Positions 9,620-18,314 of a DNA stretch of 45,389 nucleotides are shown piece after piece. Where the stretch lies: assembly GCA_027035985.1 (NCBI GenBank), contig JALVTI010000046.1, forward strand, positions 1 through 45,389, given 5' to 3'. Position 1 is the stretch's first letter; the number at the start of each line of letters is the position of its first letter. A model generated the notes under the pieces. It was not told the DNA's origin. It did no database searches and saw only the letters and a list, made by a program, of their open reading frames with translations. Both the position numbers and the translations under genes were made by a program. This stretch comes from Aquificales bacterium (lineage in GTDB: Bacteria > Aquificota > Aquificia > Aquificales > QOAS01).

Positions 9620-9644
9620 CGAAAAATACGTCCGGAGGGTAAAG

Positions 9645-10022
9645 ATGGGTAAGAGACACTACGAGAGGGAGAGGTTTTACGAAACCGTTTTTGTCGTAAA
9701 ACCCACCCTAACCGAGGAGGAATTCAAAAAGGTCGTAGAGGGTGTAAAGGAAGAAATCACCCGTAAGGGTGGCGAAATCCTCTACGAAGAGGATTGGGGT
9801 CTTAGGGAGTTCGCTTACCCGATTGAAAAGTTCAACCACGGTAGGTATTACCTCATCCAATTCAGGGCTGTCAACGAGGGTGAACCCCCTTACGAAAATC
9901 TAAACGTTCCCAACGAGCTAGAGTTCTACTACAGGGTTAACGAAAACATCATCAGGTGGCTCACCAGCAAGATTAAAAAAAGTGAAGTTAAATCTCAGAA
10001 AGCGGTTAAAGCCGAGGGGTAA
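9645..10022 (+). CDS. rpsF: 30S ribosomal protein S6
   Basis: YETVFVVKPTLTEEE...WGLREFAYPI...GRYYLIQF is the S6 signature. It is the first gene of the conserved rpsF-ssb-rpsR-rplI cluster. Confidence 0.95.
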   Translation: MGKRHYERERFYETVFVVKPTLTEEEFKKVVEGVKEEITRKGGEILYEEDWGLREFAYPIEKFNHGRYYLIQFRAVNEGEPPYENLNVPNELEFYYRVNENIIRWLTSKIKKSEVKSQKAVKAEG

Positions 10023-10033
10023 TTTAAACAACT

Positions 10034-10561
10034 ATGAATTACAACAAGGTTATTTTGGTTGGCAGACTCGTTAGGGAACCAGAAAACGTTGTTCTACCTT
10101 CTGGCAGTCAGGTTTCCAATTTGGTAATAGCCTACAACCGTAACTATAGAATGCCCGACGGCTCTTGGCGGGAGGAGAGCCACTTTTTCGAAATAAAAGT
10201 TTTCGGAAAACTTACGGAAAGGGTTGTCCCCCAGTTGGGTAAAGGGGATTTGGTACTCGTAGAGGGTAGGCTTCACCAAGACAAGTGGATAGACAAACAG
10301 AGCGGCGAACCGAGAAGTAAGATTCGTATAGTCGCCCTCGATATCAAGCCGCTCAGCAGGTCGGTGAGGGGTGGCGAAATCACTGAAGCCCCCGCGGAAC
10401 CCATGCCCGACTTCTCCCCCGAAAAGCCCCCCGCCAAAGAGGGGGATAACACCGAAAGCTTTGACGACTTAGAAAACCTCCTCTTCGGCGAGGAAGAAAA
10501 GGGGCAAGAGGGGGGGGAAAAGAAAAAGGATGACCTCGACGATTTCGATATTTTGCTATAA
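10034..10561 (+). CDS. ssb: Single-stranded DNA-binding protein
   Basis: MNYNKVILVGRLVREPE is an OB-fold N-terminus. It is followed by a Pro/Glu-rich linker and an acidic tail, DDLDDFDILL. Confidence 0.9.
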   Translation: MNYNKVILVGRLVREPENVVLPSGSQVSNLVIAYNRNYRMPDGSWREESHFFEIKVFGKLTERVVPQLGKGDLVLVEGRLHQDKWIDKQSGEPRSKIRIVALDIKPLSRSVRGGEITEAPAEPMPDFSPEKPPAKEGDNTESFDDLENLLFGEEEKGQEGGEKKKDDLDDFDILL

Positions 10562-10582
10562 AACAGCTCGGGAGGTTGCGAG

Positions 10583-10798
10583 ATGTTAAAAAAAGGAAAG
10601 AAAAAGGTTTGCGAATTCTGCCAAAATAAAAGGGAACCCGATTACAAGGATGTGGAGACTTTGAAAAAGTATCTCTCCCCCAGGGGTAAGATTATTCCCG
10701 CAAGACAAACCGGCGTGTGCGCAAAACACCAGAGAAGGCTGGCTGTAGCAATTAAAAAGGCTAGACAGCTCGCCTTACTACCTTATGTGGTTTATTAA
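10583..10798 (+). CDS. rpsR: 30S ribosomal protein S18
   Basis: KKVCEFC...[49 protein letters not shown] is the S18 signature. Confidence 0.95.
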   Translation: MLKKGKKKVCEFCQNKREPDYKDVETLKKYLSPRGKIIPARQTGVCAKHQRRLAVAIKKARQLALLPYVVY

Positions 10799-10826
10799 TC
10801 GGAGTTAAACCTTAGGGGGTAGAGGA

Positions 10827-11282
10827 ATGAAGGTAATCCTTATAAAGGACGTTCCCGGATACGGAACTTTTGGGGATATAGTTAACGTAAAAGACGGATT
10901 TGCAAACAACTACCTTATACCCCGCGGTTTGGCTCTTCCCGCCACCGAGGGTAACGTAAAGCACGTTCAAGACATCTTGAAACAAAAGCAGAGAAAACTG
11001 GAGAGGGAAAAGGCTAAAGCCCAAGAGATTGCCGAAAAAATCGACGGTATGGTTATAGAGATAGCCCGTCCCGTCGGCGTTACCGGAAAACTTTACGGGG
11101 CTATTACCGTTTCCGAAATAGCGGAAAAAATTAAGGAACAGGCGGGTGTAGAGGTTGACAAGAGAAAAATAATGCTCAGAGCTCCCATTAAAAACGTGGG
11201 TAGGTATAACATTCCCGTAAAACTCCACCCCGAGGTTAGCGCCACCATAGTCGTGGATGTCAAACCTTCGGAGGTAAAATAA
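10827..11282 (+). CDS. rplI: 50S ribosomal protein L9
   Basis: MKVILIKDVPGYGTFGDIVNVKDGFANNYLIPRGLA is the L9 N-terminal signature. Confidence 0.95.
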   Translation: MKVILIKDVPGYGTFGDIVNVKDGFANNYLIPRGLALPATEGNVKHVQDILKQKQRKLEREKAKAQEIAEKIDGMVIEIARPVGVTGKLYGAITVSEIAEKIKEQAGVEVDKRKIMLRAPIKNVGRYNIPVKLHPEVSATIVVDVKPSEVK

Positions 11283-11291
11283 ACCAACCCC

Positions 11292-12479
11292 GTGAGGGGA
11301 TTGGAAAACTTTCTCTTTTATACACTTTTATTGGCTTTTATAAGCTCCTTTTTTTCCATATCGGTTTACGAGGGGTTTTTAGCCCTTGCGGTAATAAGCG
11401 GTATTGCACTCCTTTTTCTAAAAAGGTTAAATCCGCTAAGGGGTCTCTTTTCAATCCCGCTGGCGGGACACATTACAACTATAACGGTCTCGAGTTTTCT
11501 CTTCCTCCGTGTAAAGGAGCAGTTTAGGAGATTACTCGAACAGGACTTTTTCAGCCTCTCATATTTCGCCACTTTGGGGTTGGAAAGAAATAAAACTATC
11601 CGCTTAGTGGAATTTTTTATCAAAATCTCTCCTTTTTTGGGATTGGTTTTATCAATAAAAGTCCTATACACCTATTACTTTGATCACGATATCAAAGGCT
11701 TCTGGGGTGGGAATTTCGTAATAGGAAATCTGCTCGCCCTACCATTTTTTGCAACGGTATACCTCTTTTTAAAAACAGAAAACCTTTTTTTAAAAATACT
11801 ACTCCCCGCCTTCGGCGGATTTTTTCTCTACACCGCATTTTTACCGGTTGAGAGGTCGGTCATTTTGGGTTTTCTAGCCGGCTTTACGGTTTTTGGGATA
11901 GCCCTTTTCCGTCTTTACTCCCCAAAAAGGTTAATACCGATTTTTGCCATACCTCTAATAGGTGGAATTTTAGTTTTAAGTCAATCTCCCAAGGTGGAAT
12001 ATTGGTTTAACTTAATAAAGTCACCTCATTCTTTGGAGCAAAAAATTAATAATCTCTCCTCCCAAAGATTGGAAATAGCAAAGGGAGCTTTCCGATTAAT
12101 AGAGAAAGCTATAGAAGAGCGTGACTACGTAAAGCTACTTATAGGATGGGGATATGGTCCTCAAAAGCAGTACCACAATTTACCTTCTTATCTTCAGTTT
12201 ATAAACGAATACGAAAGTTTCGTCTTCCTAACGGAGTTTATCAACGGAGGTCTACTAAATGTTATCTTCCTTTTATGGTTTTACGGTGTACTTATCTACC
12301 TTACTTGCAAAGTTCTAAAACGTAGGGATAACCTCTTTATGGAAAAGGTCACTTTATTATCCACCGTATGGGTTAATATGGTTTACCACCTCTTTACCCT
12401 TTTTTGGGTTCCGATAAACGGAATGTTTTACGTTCTTTTAGCTTTAATAGAGATTTTAAATAGAAAATCAAATAAGTAA
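11292..12479 (+). CDS. Polytopic membrane protein, O-antigen ligase/polymerase (Wzy_C)-like
   Basis: 395 aa with about 10 TM helices and one larger loop (PKVEYWFNLIKSPHSLEQKINNLSSQRLEIAKGAFRLIEKA). The topology and loop resemble the WaaL/Wzy family. GTG start. This is a call by eye only. Confidence 0.4.
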   Translation: MRGLENFLFYTLLLAFISSFFSISVYEGFLALAVISGIALLFLKRLNPLRGLFSIPLAGHITTITVSSFLFLRVKEQFRRLLEQDFFSLSYFATLGLERNKTIRLVEFFIKISPFLGLVLSIKVLYTYYFDHDIKGFWGGNFVIGNLLALPFFATVYLFLKTENLFLKILLPAFGGFFLYTAFLPVERSVILGFLAGFTVFGIALFRLYSPKRLIPIFAIPLIGGILVLSQSPKVEYWFNLIKSPHSLEQKINNLSSQRLEIAKGAFRLIEKAIEERDYVKLLIGWGYGPQKQYHNLPSYLQFINEYESFVFLTEFINGGLLNVIFLLWFYGVLIYLTCKVLKRRDNLFMEKVTLLSTVWVNMVYHLFTLFWVPINGMFYVLLALIEILNRKSNK

Positions 12480-13697
12480 TTTTTCTACATCTTCCTTAGC
12501 CTGTTGTTTTATCTTTTCTAAAAGCTCTTCTTTCAAGTTAAGATTGGTTAAACATTTAGCATACTTTTCATCTTTGTTCAATTCAAATGCTAAAACTTTG
12601 GATATATAAAAAATACAGTGCAATATAGGATTATCCTCAATATATCCTTCTAAAATTTCATGAGATAGTTTTAAATCTACAACTATTTTTTCGGGATTTA
12701 CATTAAAAATTAAATCGGAAGTGAAAAATAATCCGCCAAGAAAGGCAACATCCTTATCTATATTTAATCTTTCCGCAAGTTTCTCCGAAATAACGGCAGC
12801 TAAAAGCATTTTTTTATATTCTTCAACCGGAACTTTTAAAGTTTCAGCTAATTCTAAAACCATAAGAACCAGGAGATATTTTTTTAAATTGTTAATTCCT
12901 AAATATGCCAAAGCCTGCCGTATAGATTTTATCTCTATAGGTAAATAAAAATAAGATGAATTAACAAATTTCAGAAGTTTTGTAACCAATCCGGGGTCAC
13001 TTTTTATTAAATCTTTTATTTCTTTAAGGTCGGCATGCCTCTCTATTGCAGCAAGTGTTTTTATAATAGTTGTAGTTAAAGCCGCAATACTCAATTCCGC
13101 ATATACAGGTTCCGGTTTACCGAAATAATAACCTTCAAATAGGTCACAATTATGTTTTTTTGCTTGATAAAATTGCCTTTCATTTTCAATTTTTGTAGCT
13201 ATACACTGTTTATTAATCAAAAAGGGGTCGTTAAATTTATCGAGATTTCTTACTTCAGATACTATATAATCGGCATATTTAATTGCTAAAGGTCTAACAT
13301 TTTGATGCGTAATTAAGTCTACATCAAAAGCAAATTGAAAACCCTCACTCTTTAAATTGGCTAAAGCTGTATTTATAAACTCCCACTGTTTTCTGGTCAA
13401 TTCAGTGTATGGTTTCTGAAGGTTTAAAACTGTTCTTTCTGCTATTAGAGTTTCTAAGTAGGATTTATTTACTACATTTTGTATAGAAAAATTTATCATT
13501 ACTTTTTTATCACCCGCTATCTTTTGATAACCGGTAGAGGAAATTAGGTCTATAACAATAAAAGCAGCTTTATAGGGAGGAATTTCTTCAGGAAATCTAT
13601 CGGGACTTTTTCTACTCCTTAGAAATATTTCATACATAACCACATTTCTATCTTCATCTACTATGGGTTGACGGGCAAGAAAAAAGGGAGACTCCAT
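12468..13697 (-). CDS. EAL-like plus HDOD domain signalling protein (COG3434-type)
   Basis: The N-terminus FLARQPIVDEDRNVVMYEIFLRS is an EAL-domain start, with EIF in place of EAL. The C-terminal half (IKSDPGLVTKLLKFVNSSYFYLPIEIKSIRQALAYLGINNLKKYLLVLMV) is a typical HDOD core. Confidence 0.75.
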   Translation of the reverse strand: MESPFFLARQPIVDEDRNVVMYEIFLRSRKSPDRFPEEIPPYKAAFIVIDLISSTGYQKIAGDKKVMINFSIQNVVNKSYLETLIAERTVLNLQKPYTELTRKQWEFINTALANLKSEGFQFAFDVDLITHQNVRPLAIKYADYIVSEVRNLDKFNDPFLINKQCIATKIENERQFYQAKKHNCDLFEGYYFGKPEPVYAELSIAALTTTIIKTLAAIERHADLKEIKDLIKSDPGLVTKLLKFVNSSYFYLPIEIKSIRQALAYLGINNLKKYLLVLMVLELAETLKVPVEEYKKMLLAAVISEKLAERLNIDKDVAFLGGLFFTSDLIFNVNPEKIVVDLKLSHEILEGYIEDNPILHCIFYISKVLAFELNKDEKYAKCLTNLNLKEELLEKIKQQAKEDVEKLLI

Positions 13698-13730
13698 AGG
13701 TTTTAATCAATTGTATACAAAAAATTTTTA

Positions 13731-14255
13731 TTAATCTTTTTTATGGGTAAAATATAATGCCAAAGCAATCATTAATACACCAATAGCTATATAAAGAGTT
13801 TCCATAGGATTCTTAAACTGGAGATGCAATACCTGCTTAAAAAAGGAAACTATCAATACCATTATGACCAAACGCCCTAGTTTCTCTTTTAAATCCTCAA
13901 GGTTTTTTATAACTAAAACTCTTTCACCTAACGGGTCATTTTCCGCAGGGTCTATTTTGGAAATAAACAACTCGTAAAGACCTAAAGCAAAAACCAACAA
14001 AAAAGTTCCTATAAGGAATAAATCCACCGACGTAATAACAACTGACAATAGTTTAGCGTACAGATAACTATACGATGTCTTTAATAAAAAAACCCCTACA
14101 AGATGTATAATTTCATACAGCCCAACAATAAAGACTATAAAAGCCGATACCAATGAAGCTATAACGGCTATTAAAACCAACCATCTGGTATTCCACAAAA
14201 AAGTTTCGAAAAATAATTCCACTCTCCTAATAAAGGAATTACTGGTTCTTTCCAT
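13731..14255 (-). CDS. YqhA-family inner membrane protein (UPF0114)
   Basis: 174 aa. FETFLWNTRWLVLIAVIASLVSAFIVF, ...SVDLFLIGTFLLVFALGLYELFISKID and the overall 4-TM layout parallel E. coli YqhA. Confidence 0.7.
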   Translation of the reverse strand: MERTSNSFIRRVELFFETFLWNTRWLVLIAVIASLVSAFIVFIVGLYEIIHLVGVFLLKTSYSYLYAKLLSVVITSVDLFLIGTFLLVFALGLYELFISKIDPAENDPLGERVLVIKNLEDLKEKLGRLVIMVLIVSFFKQVLHLQFKNPMETLYIAIGVLMIALALYFTHKKD

Positions 14256-14303
14256 AAGAATGGAAATAGGATAGGGAACTAAGCAAATTTGTCAAGCAAA
14301 ACT

Positions 14304-15515
14304 TTATTGCTTTTTTTGTTGAGAAAGAATTTCCTTGTAAATTTCTTTTATTAGAGTTTTTATAAACTCTATTCTATCTTCACAGGTAAACCTTTCCTTA
14401 ACAGCTTTAAATCCTTTTTCGGCAATTATTTGTCTATCCTCATTGTTTTCTAAATAAAACAATAATTTTTCTTCAATATCCATTCTATCGAGGGGATTAT
14501 AAACAATAATTTCTTCATTCGGTTTAAAAAAGCTTCCTAGAGTATGGCGGTAGTTTATCATTAAAGCCGTTTCGCAAGCCGCTATTTCCAAGGGTGTAAA
14601 ACCAATACCACTAGGTACAAAAGCGGGAAAAGCTGTTAAAGCTAACTTTGCTTTATTAATGTAGGATATTCTTTCCTCAAAAGTGGAAATATCGGCTACA
14701 TGTATACCTTCGGGCAAGTTTCCTTCAACCTTACCAACAATAGTTATATCTGTTCCTTCTAAGAAATTGAGAATGAACCAATTCCTTCGCGAAGAGGTAT
14801 ATAAACCTACTTGTGTCAACCATAAGAAGTAGAGATGTGGGTTTTCCCTACGGAAATTATTAAAACTTTCTTGAAATTGAGGATTCATAAGGGGTAACAA
14901 ATATTCAACCGCATAGATAGGAGCTATCTCGGGATTTCGAAAGCAGAATTCTCCCACTTCTATACCAAAGTCTCTAATAGCATTATCCATATTCTGTGAC
15001 CAGTTTTCTACTATCAACGAAGGGTCTATTACATTTCCAACAAAAATGGTAGATATTTCTTTTCCTCCTTTTGGAGGAATTAAATTTAAATTCACACAGG
15101 GGGTGAAGTAATAGATATTTTGAAATCCTAATGATGCAAGAAATTCCCCATATCGCAAATCGGTTATTAAGAAAACCATATTGGGAGAATTTCTTAACTG
15201 CAACAAATTAGGAGAATGGAGTATAGGATCCTCAGTTAAGATAGTTATATGGACAACGCCTAAAAGGACATGAAGTGGGTATTTTTGGTTCTCTTTTTCC
15301 CCCCATATAATTCCTTTGGTGTTAAAGTCTAATATAAATTGTGGATTATATTCCTCTATTTCCTTAACCGTTTTAGCCACATTTTGAGGGTCTATATGAA
15401 AAATTTTTAGCTCTACTTCGGTATCGGGTAAGAACTCCTGAATACCTTTAATAAGGTGTTTATCACCAAAACCTTCAATACCACTTAACAGAAGAGCAAC
15501 CTTTATTTTTTCCAT
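14304..15515 (-). CDS. CgeB-like / glycosyltransferase-family protein (hypothetical)
   Basis: 403 aa and soluble. The C-terminal part (TPLEIAACETALMINYRHTLGSFFKPNEEIIVYNPLDRMDIEEKLLFYLENNEDRQIIAEKGFKAVKERFTCEDRI) resembles the GT1-like C-terminal domain of CgeB/DUF3880 proteins. Confidence 0.4.
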   Translation of the reverse strand: MEKIKVALLLSGIEGFGDKHLIKGIQEFLPDTEVELKIFHIDPQNVAKTVKEIEEYNPQFILDFNTKGIIWGEKENQKYPLHVLLGVVHITILTEDPILHSPNLLQLRNSPNMVFLITDLRYGEFLASLGFQNIYYFTPCVNLNLIPPKGGKEISTIFVGNVIDPSLIVENWSQNMDNAIRDFGIEVGEFCFRNPEIAPIYAVEYLLPLMNPQFQESFNNFRRENPHLYFLWLTQVGLYTSSRRNWFILNFLEGTDITIVGKVEGNLPEGIHVADISTFEERISYINKAKLALTAFPAFVPSGIGFTPLEIAACETALMINYRHTLGSFFKPNEEIIVYNPLDRMDIEEKLLFYLENNEDRQIIAEKGFKAVKERFTCEDRIEFIKTLIKEIYKEILSQQKKQ

Positions 15516-15565
15516 TAAGAGTTAAAAGTTTAAACCTTAAAGACCTGGATAATTTAAAAGCTTTA

Positions 15566-16441
15566 ATGAACCCTACAAAGTCTATAGAAGAACTTAAGGA
15601 ATTAGCCCGAAAGGTAAGAATAGAGACTATTAAATCCATATATTTAGCCGGTTCGGGACACCCCGGAGGTTCTTTATCCATTACCGACATATTGGTGGCT
15701 CTCTACTTTGGAGGTTATGTTAATGTAGACCCCCAAAATCCCTATAAACCAGATAGGGACAGAGTAATTCTGTCTAAAGGACACGCAGCTCCCTCCTTTT
15801 ACGCAGTATTGGCATTAAAAGGTTTCTTTGACAAGGAACTCCTTTATACTTTGCGAAAGCTAGGTAGTCCTCTTCAAGGACACGTATCCAGAAAACATAC
15901 TCCAGGAGTAGAAGCTTCTACGGGTTCTTTAGGACAAGGTTTATCCATAGCTTTAGGAATGGCTCTTAAAAGAAGACTAGATAATTTAGATTACAAAGTT
16001 TTCTGCCTATTGAGCGATGGAGAATTGCAGGAAGGTATGACCTGGGAAGCTATTATGACAGCTAAACACTTTAATGCCAAAGGATTAATTGCTATTATTG
16101 ACAATAACAATATTCAATTAGATGATTTTGTAACAAAAGTTAATAGCGGTATTTATCCCATAGAGGATAAATTTAAAGCAAGTGGTTGGCACACTATTAC
16201 AATAGATGGACATGATTTTTCTCAAATATTAAAGGCTTTAGACGAAGCGGTGAAAATTTCTGAAGAAAAACCTGTAGCTATACGGGCTATTACTGTAAAG
16301 GGAAAAGGAGTTTCTTATATGGAAAATACTCCAGCATGGCATGGAAAAGCACCTGACCGTGAAAAATTTATAGAAGCCATGAAAGAATTGGGGGTTTCCG
16401 ATAAAGAAATAGAAGAATTTTTAACCAAATATGACCGATAA
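15566..16441 (+). CDS. Transketolase, N-terminal (PP-binding) subunit
   Basis: GSGHPGGSLSITDILVALYF...DRVILSKGHAAPSFYA...GSLGQGLSIALGMA...LLSDGELQEGMTWEA are the ThDP-binding motifs of a split transketolase. Confidence 0.9.
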   Translation: MNPTKSIEELKELARKVRIETIKSIYLAGSGHPGGSLSITDILVALYFGGYVNVDPQNPYKPDRDRVILSKGHAAPSFYAVLALKGFFDKELLYTLRKLGSPLQGHVSRKHTPGVEASTGSLGQGLSIALGMALKRRLDNLDYKVFCLLSDGELQEGMTWEAIMTAKHFNAKGLIAIIDNNNIQLDDFVTKVNSGIYPIEDKFKASGWHTITIDGHDFSQILKALDEAVKISEEKPVAIRAITVKGKGVSYMENTPAWHGKAPDREKFIEAMKELGVSDKEIEEFLTKYDR

Positions 16442-16456
16442 GAGGAGGTGATAAAA

Positions 16457-17422
16457 ATGTTTTTATATACTAAAGATGCTCCAAAGGGAGACTTAAGAAA
16501 AACTTATGGGGAAACCTTAATAGAACTTGGAAGAAAAGACCCTAAACTTTGTGTTGTAGATGGTGACCTCTCCACTTCCACTAAAACAGCTATGTTTGGT
16601 AAAGAGTTCCCGGAAAGGTTTTTTAATGTTGGAATAGATGAACAAAACTTAATAGGAATAGCCAGTGGATTGGCCTACGATAAAGATAGAACAGTATTTG
16701 CCTCTTCTTTTGCAATGTTTTTAACAGGAAGACCTTGGGAGATTATAAGACAACATGTAGGTTACAACGATTTACCCGTCAAATTGGTGGCCACCCATGC
16801 AGGTATAACCGTGGGTCCCGATGGCGCATCCCACCAAATGAACGAGGATATAGCCATAATGCGTGCAATTCCTAATATGAAAGTTATTGTTCCTGCCGAT
16901 AACCATATCCTAAAAAAAATTCTCTACAAAGCTTATGAAACACCCGGTGCTTTCTACATAAGACTGTCCAGAGAAAAATTTCCTGTTGTCTATCCCGAAG
17001 ACGTTGAATTTGAATTAGGAAGAGGCTTTATACTTAAAGAAGGTAAGGATATAACTATTGTTGCCATTGGATTAATGGTTTCTCATGCTTTGGATGCAGC
17101 CTCTATTCTAAAAGAAAACTACGGTATAGATGCGGAAGTTATAGACCCCGTTAGTGTTAAACCTATTGACGGTGAACTTATCGCACAAAGTGCTCAAAAA
17201 ACAGGAAAAGTAGTTACTATAGAAGAACATTCCATTATTGGTGGATTAGGAGATGCCGTTATATCGGCACTCGCCGAAAAATATCCCGTTCTCGTTAAAA
17301 AAATAGGAATTCCCGATACTTATGGGGAGAGCGGAACAGCTATAGAACTTTTGAGAAAATTTGAACTTATGCCTGAACAACTGGCGGGAAATATATATAA
17401 GTGGTTAAATTCATCTAAATGA
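16457..17422 (+). CDS. Transketolase, C-terminal (Pyr plus C-terminal domain) subunit
   Basis: RKTYGETLIELG...FFNVGIDEQNLIGIASGLA...ATHAGITVGPDGASHQMNEDIAIMRAIPNM. ATG 16457 lies 5 nt after GGAGGTGA. The track ORF begins at GTG 16448. Confidence 0.9.
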   Translation: MFLYTKDAPKGDLRKTYGETLIELGRKDPKLCVVDGDLSTSTKTAMFGKEFPERFFNVGIDEQNLIGIASGLAYDKDRTVFASSFAMFLTGRPWEIIRQHVGYNDLPVKLVATHAGITVGPDGASHQMNEDIAIMRAIPNMKVIVPADNHILKKILYKAYETPGAFYIRLSREKFPVVYPEDVEFELGRGFILKEGKDITIVAIGLMVSHALDAASILKENYGIDAEVIDPVSVKPIDGELIAQSAQKTGKVVTIEEHSIIGGLGDAVISALAEKYPVLVKKIGIPDTYGESGTAIELLRKFELMPEQLAGNIYKWLNSSK

Positions 17423-17444
17423 TTTCTTAAATTTTTCATCTTTA

Positions 17445-18314
17445 ATGAAGGAGAGAAATCGCAGCCTTGACCTATATTTTTTAGGCTCAAAACTCATTGC
17501 TATTTCTTTTTTTATAATTGCTTTATACTTTAAACAGGCTTATGGATTAGATAAAGATTATGCATATTCTATAATGTTTTTTTTAATAGCTTATTTGGTA
17601 GCAAATATAATCTTAATTTTAAGGTTACCGGAAGGTAGATATGCGAAAAAGAAAATTTTAAGGATTATTGATTATTTTGTAGTTATTTATTTGGCATTGT
17701 TATCTCTAAATTTATATGGCTTAATACCCATAGGTTTCCTTTTAGGGCTGTATGTGGTTTATTATTTTCGTGAAATCAGCCTACTTTTGTTATTTATTAT
17801 CTTTCTTTTATTAATAAAGGCTATATTATTGCATCAATTTACCCGGGAAGAAATAGTTTTAGGTATCTTATATTTACTTGGTTCTGCTTTTATTTCTTCA
17901 AAGTTAAACCTATTATGGGTTATTCAACTAAAAAACACCTTACTTACCAAGTATAGAAATGAATTAAAAAGAAAGGATGTAATTATTGGAGAGCTTTCCA
18001 AGAAAATTTCTATTTTTGAGGAAATTCTAAAATTTTTAGAGCTTTTATCCCGAAAAAAACATTTGGAAGATTTACCAAATTTCCTAAAAGGTGTTTTAAA
18101 AGCTGAAGTTGTTTATTTACAAAAAGCGGATAAACCTATAAAGGTGAACTTTAACAGGGAAGAATTTATAGTTACTAAAGTCGGTAATATCATTTTTATT
18201 ATCAAACCTAAGGAAAAATATCTATTAAACGATGAAAGATATAAAGAAAAAATAAAAACTTTAATAACTATTCTTAAACCTTATATAGAAAGCTTTTTAG
18301 CAAATAGCAAATAA
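17445..18314 (+). CDS. Hypothetical polytopic membrane protein with a cytoplasmic C-terminal domain
   Basis: 289 aa with 5-6 TM helices (aa 1-165). These are followed by a coiled-coil segment (KYRNELKRKDVIIGELSKKISIFEEILKFLELL) and a roughly 90-aa soluble domain. No motif recognised. Very low GC. Confidence 0.45.
   Translation: MKERNRSLDLYFLGSKLIAISFFIIALYFKQAYGLDKDYAYSIMFFLIAYLVANIILILRLPEGRYAKKKILRIIDYFVVIYLALLSLNLYGLIPIGFLLGLYVVYYFREISLLLLFIIFLLLIKAILLHQFTREEIVLGILYLLGSAFISSKLNLLWVIQLKNTLLTKYRNELKRKDVIIGELSKKISIFEEILKFLELLSRKKHLEDLPNFLKGVLKAEVVYLQKADKPIKVNFNREEFIVTKVGNIIFIIKPKEKYLLNDERYKEKIKTLITILKPYIESFLANSK

Noticed and set aside
13711-13720. 10-bp palindrome TTGTATACAA in the 33-nt spacer between yqhA and the EAL-HDOD gene.
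   Set aside because: It is a short AT-rich palindrome in a roughly 29% GC region and is easily expected by chance. The spacer is too short to argue for an independent promoter or operator.
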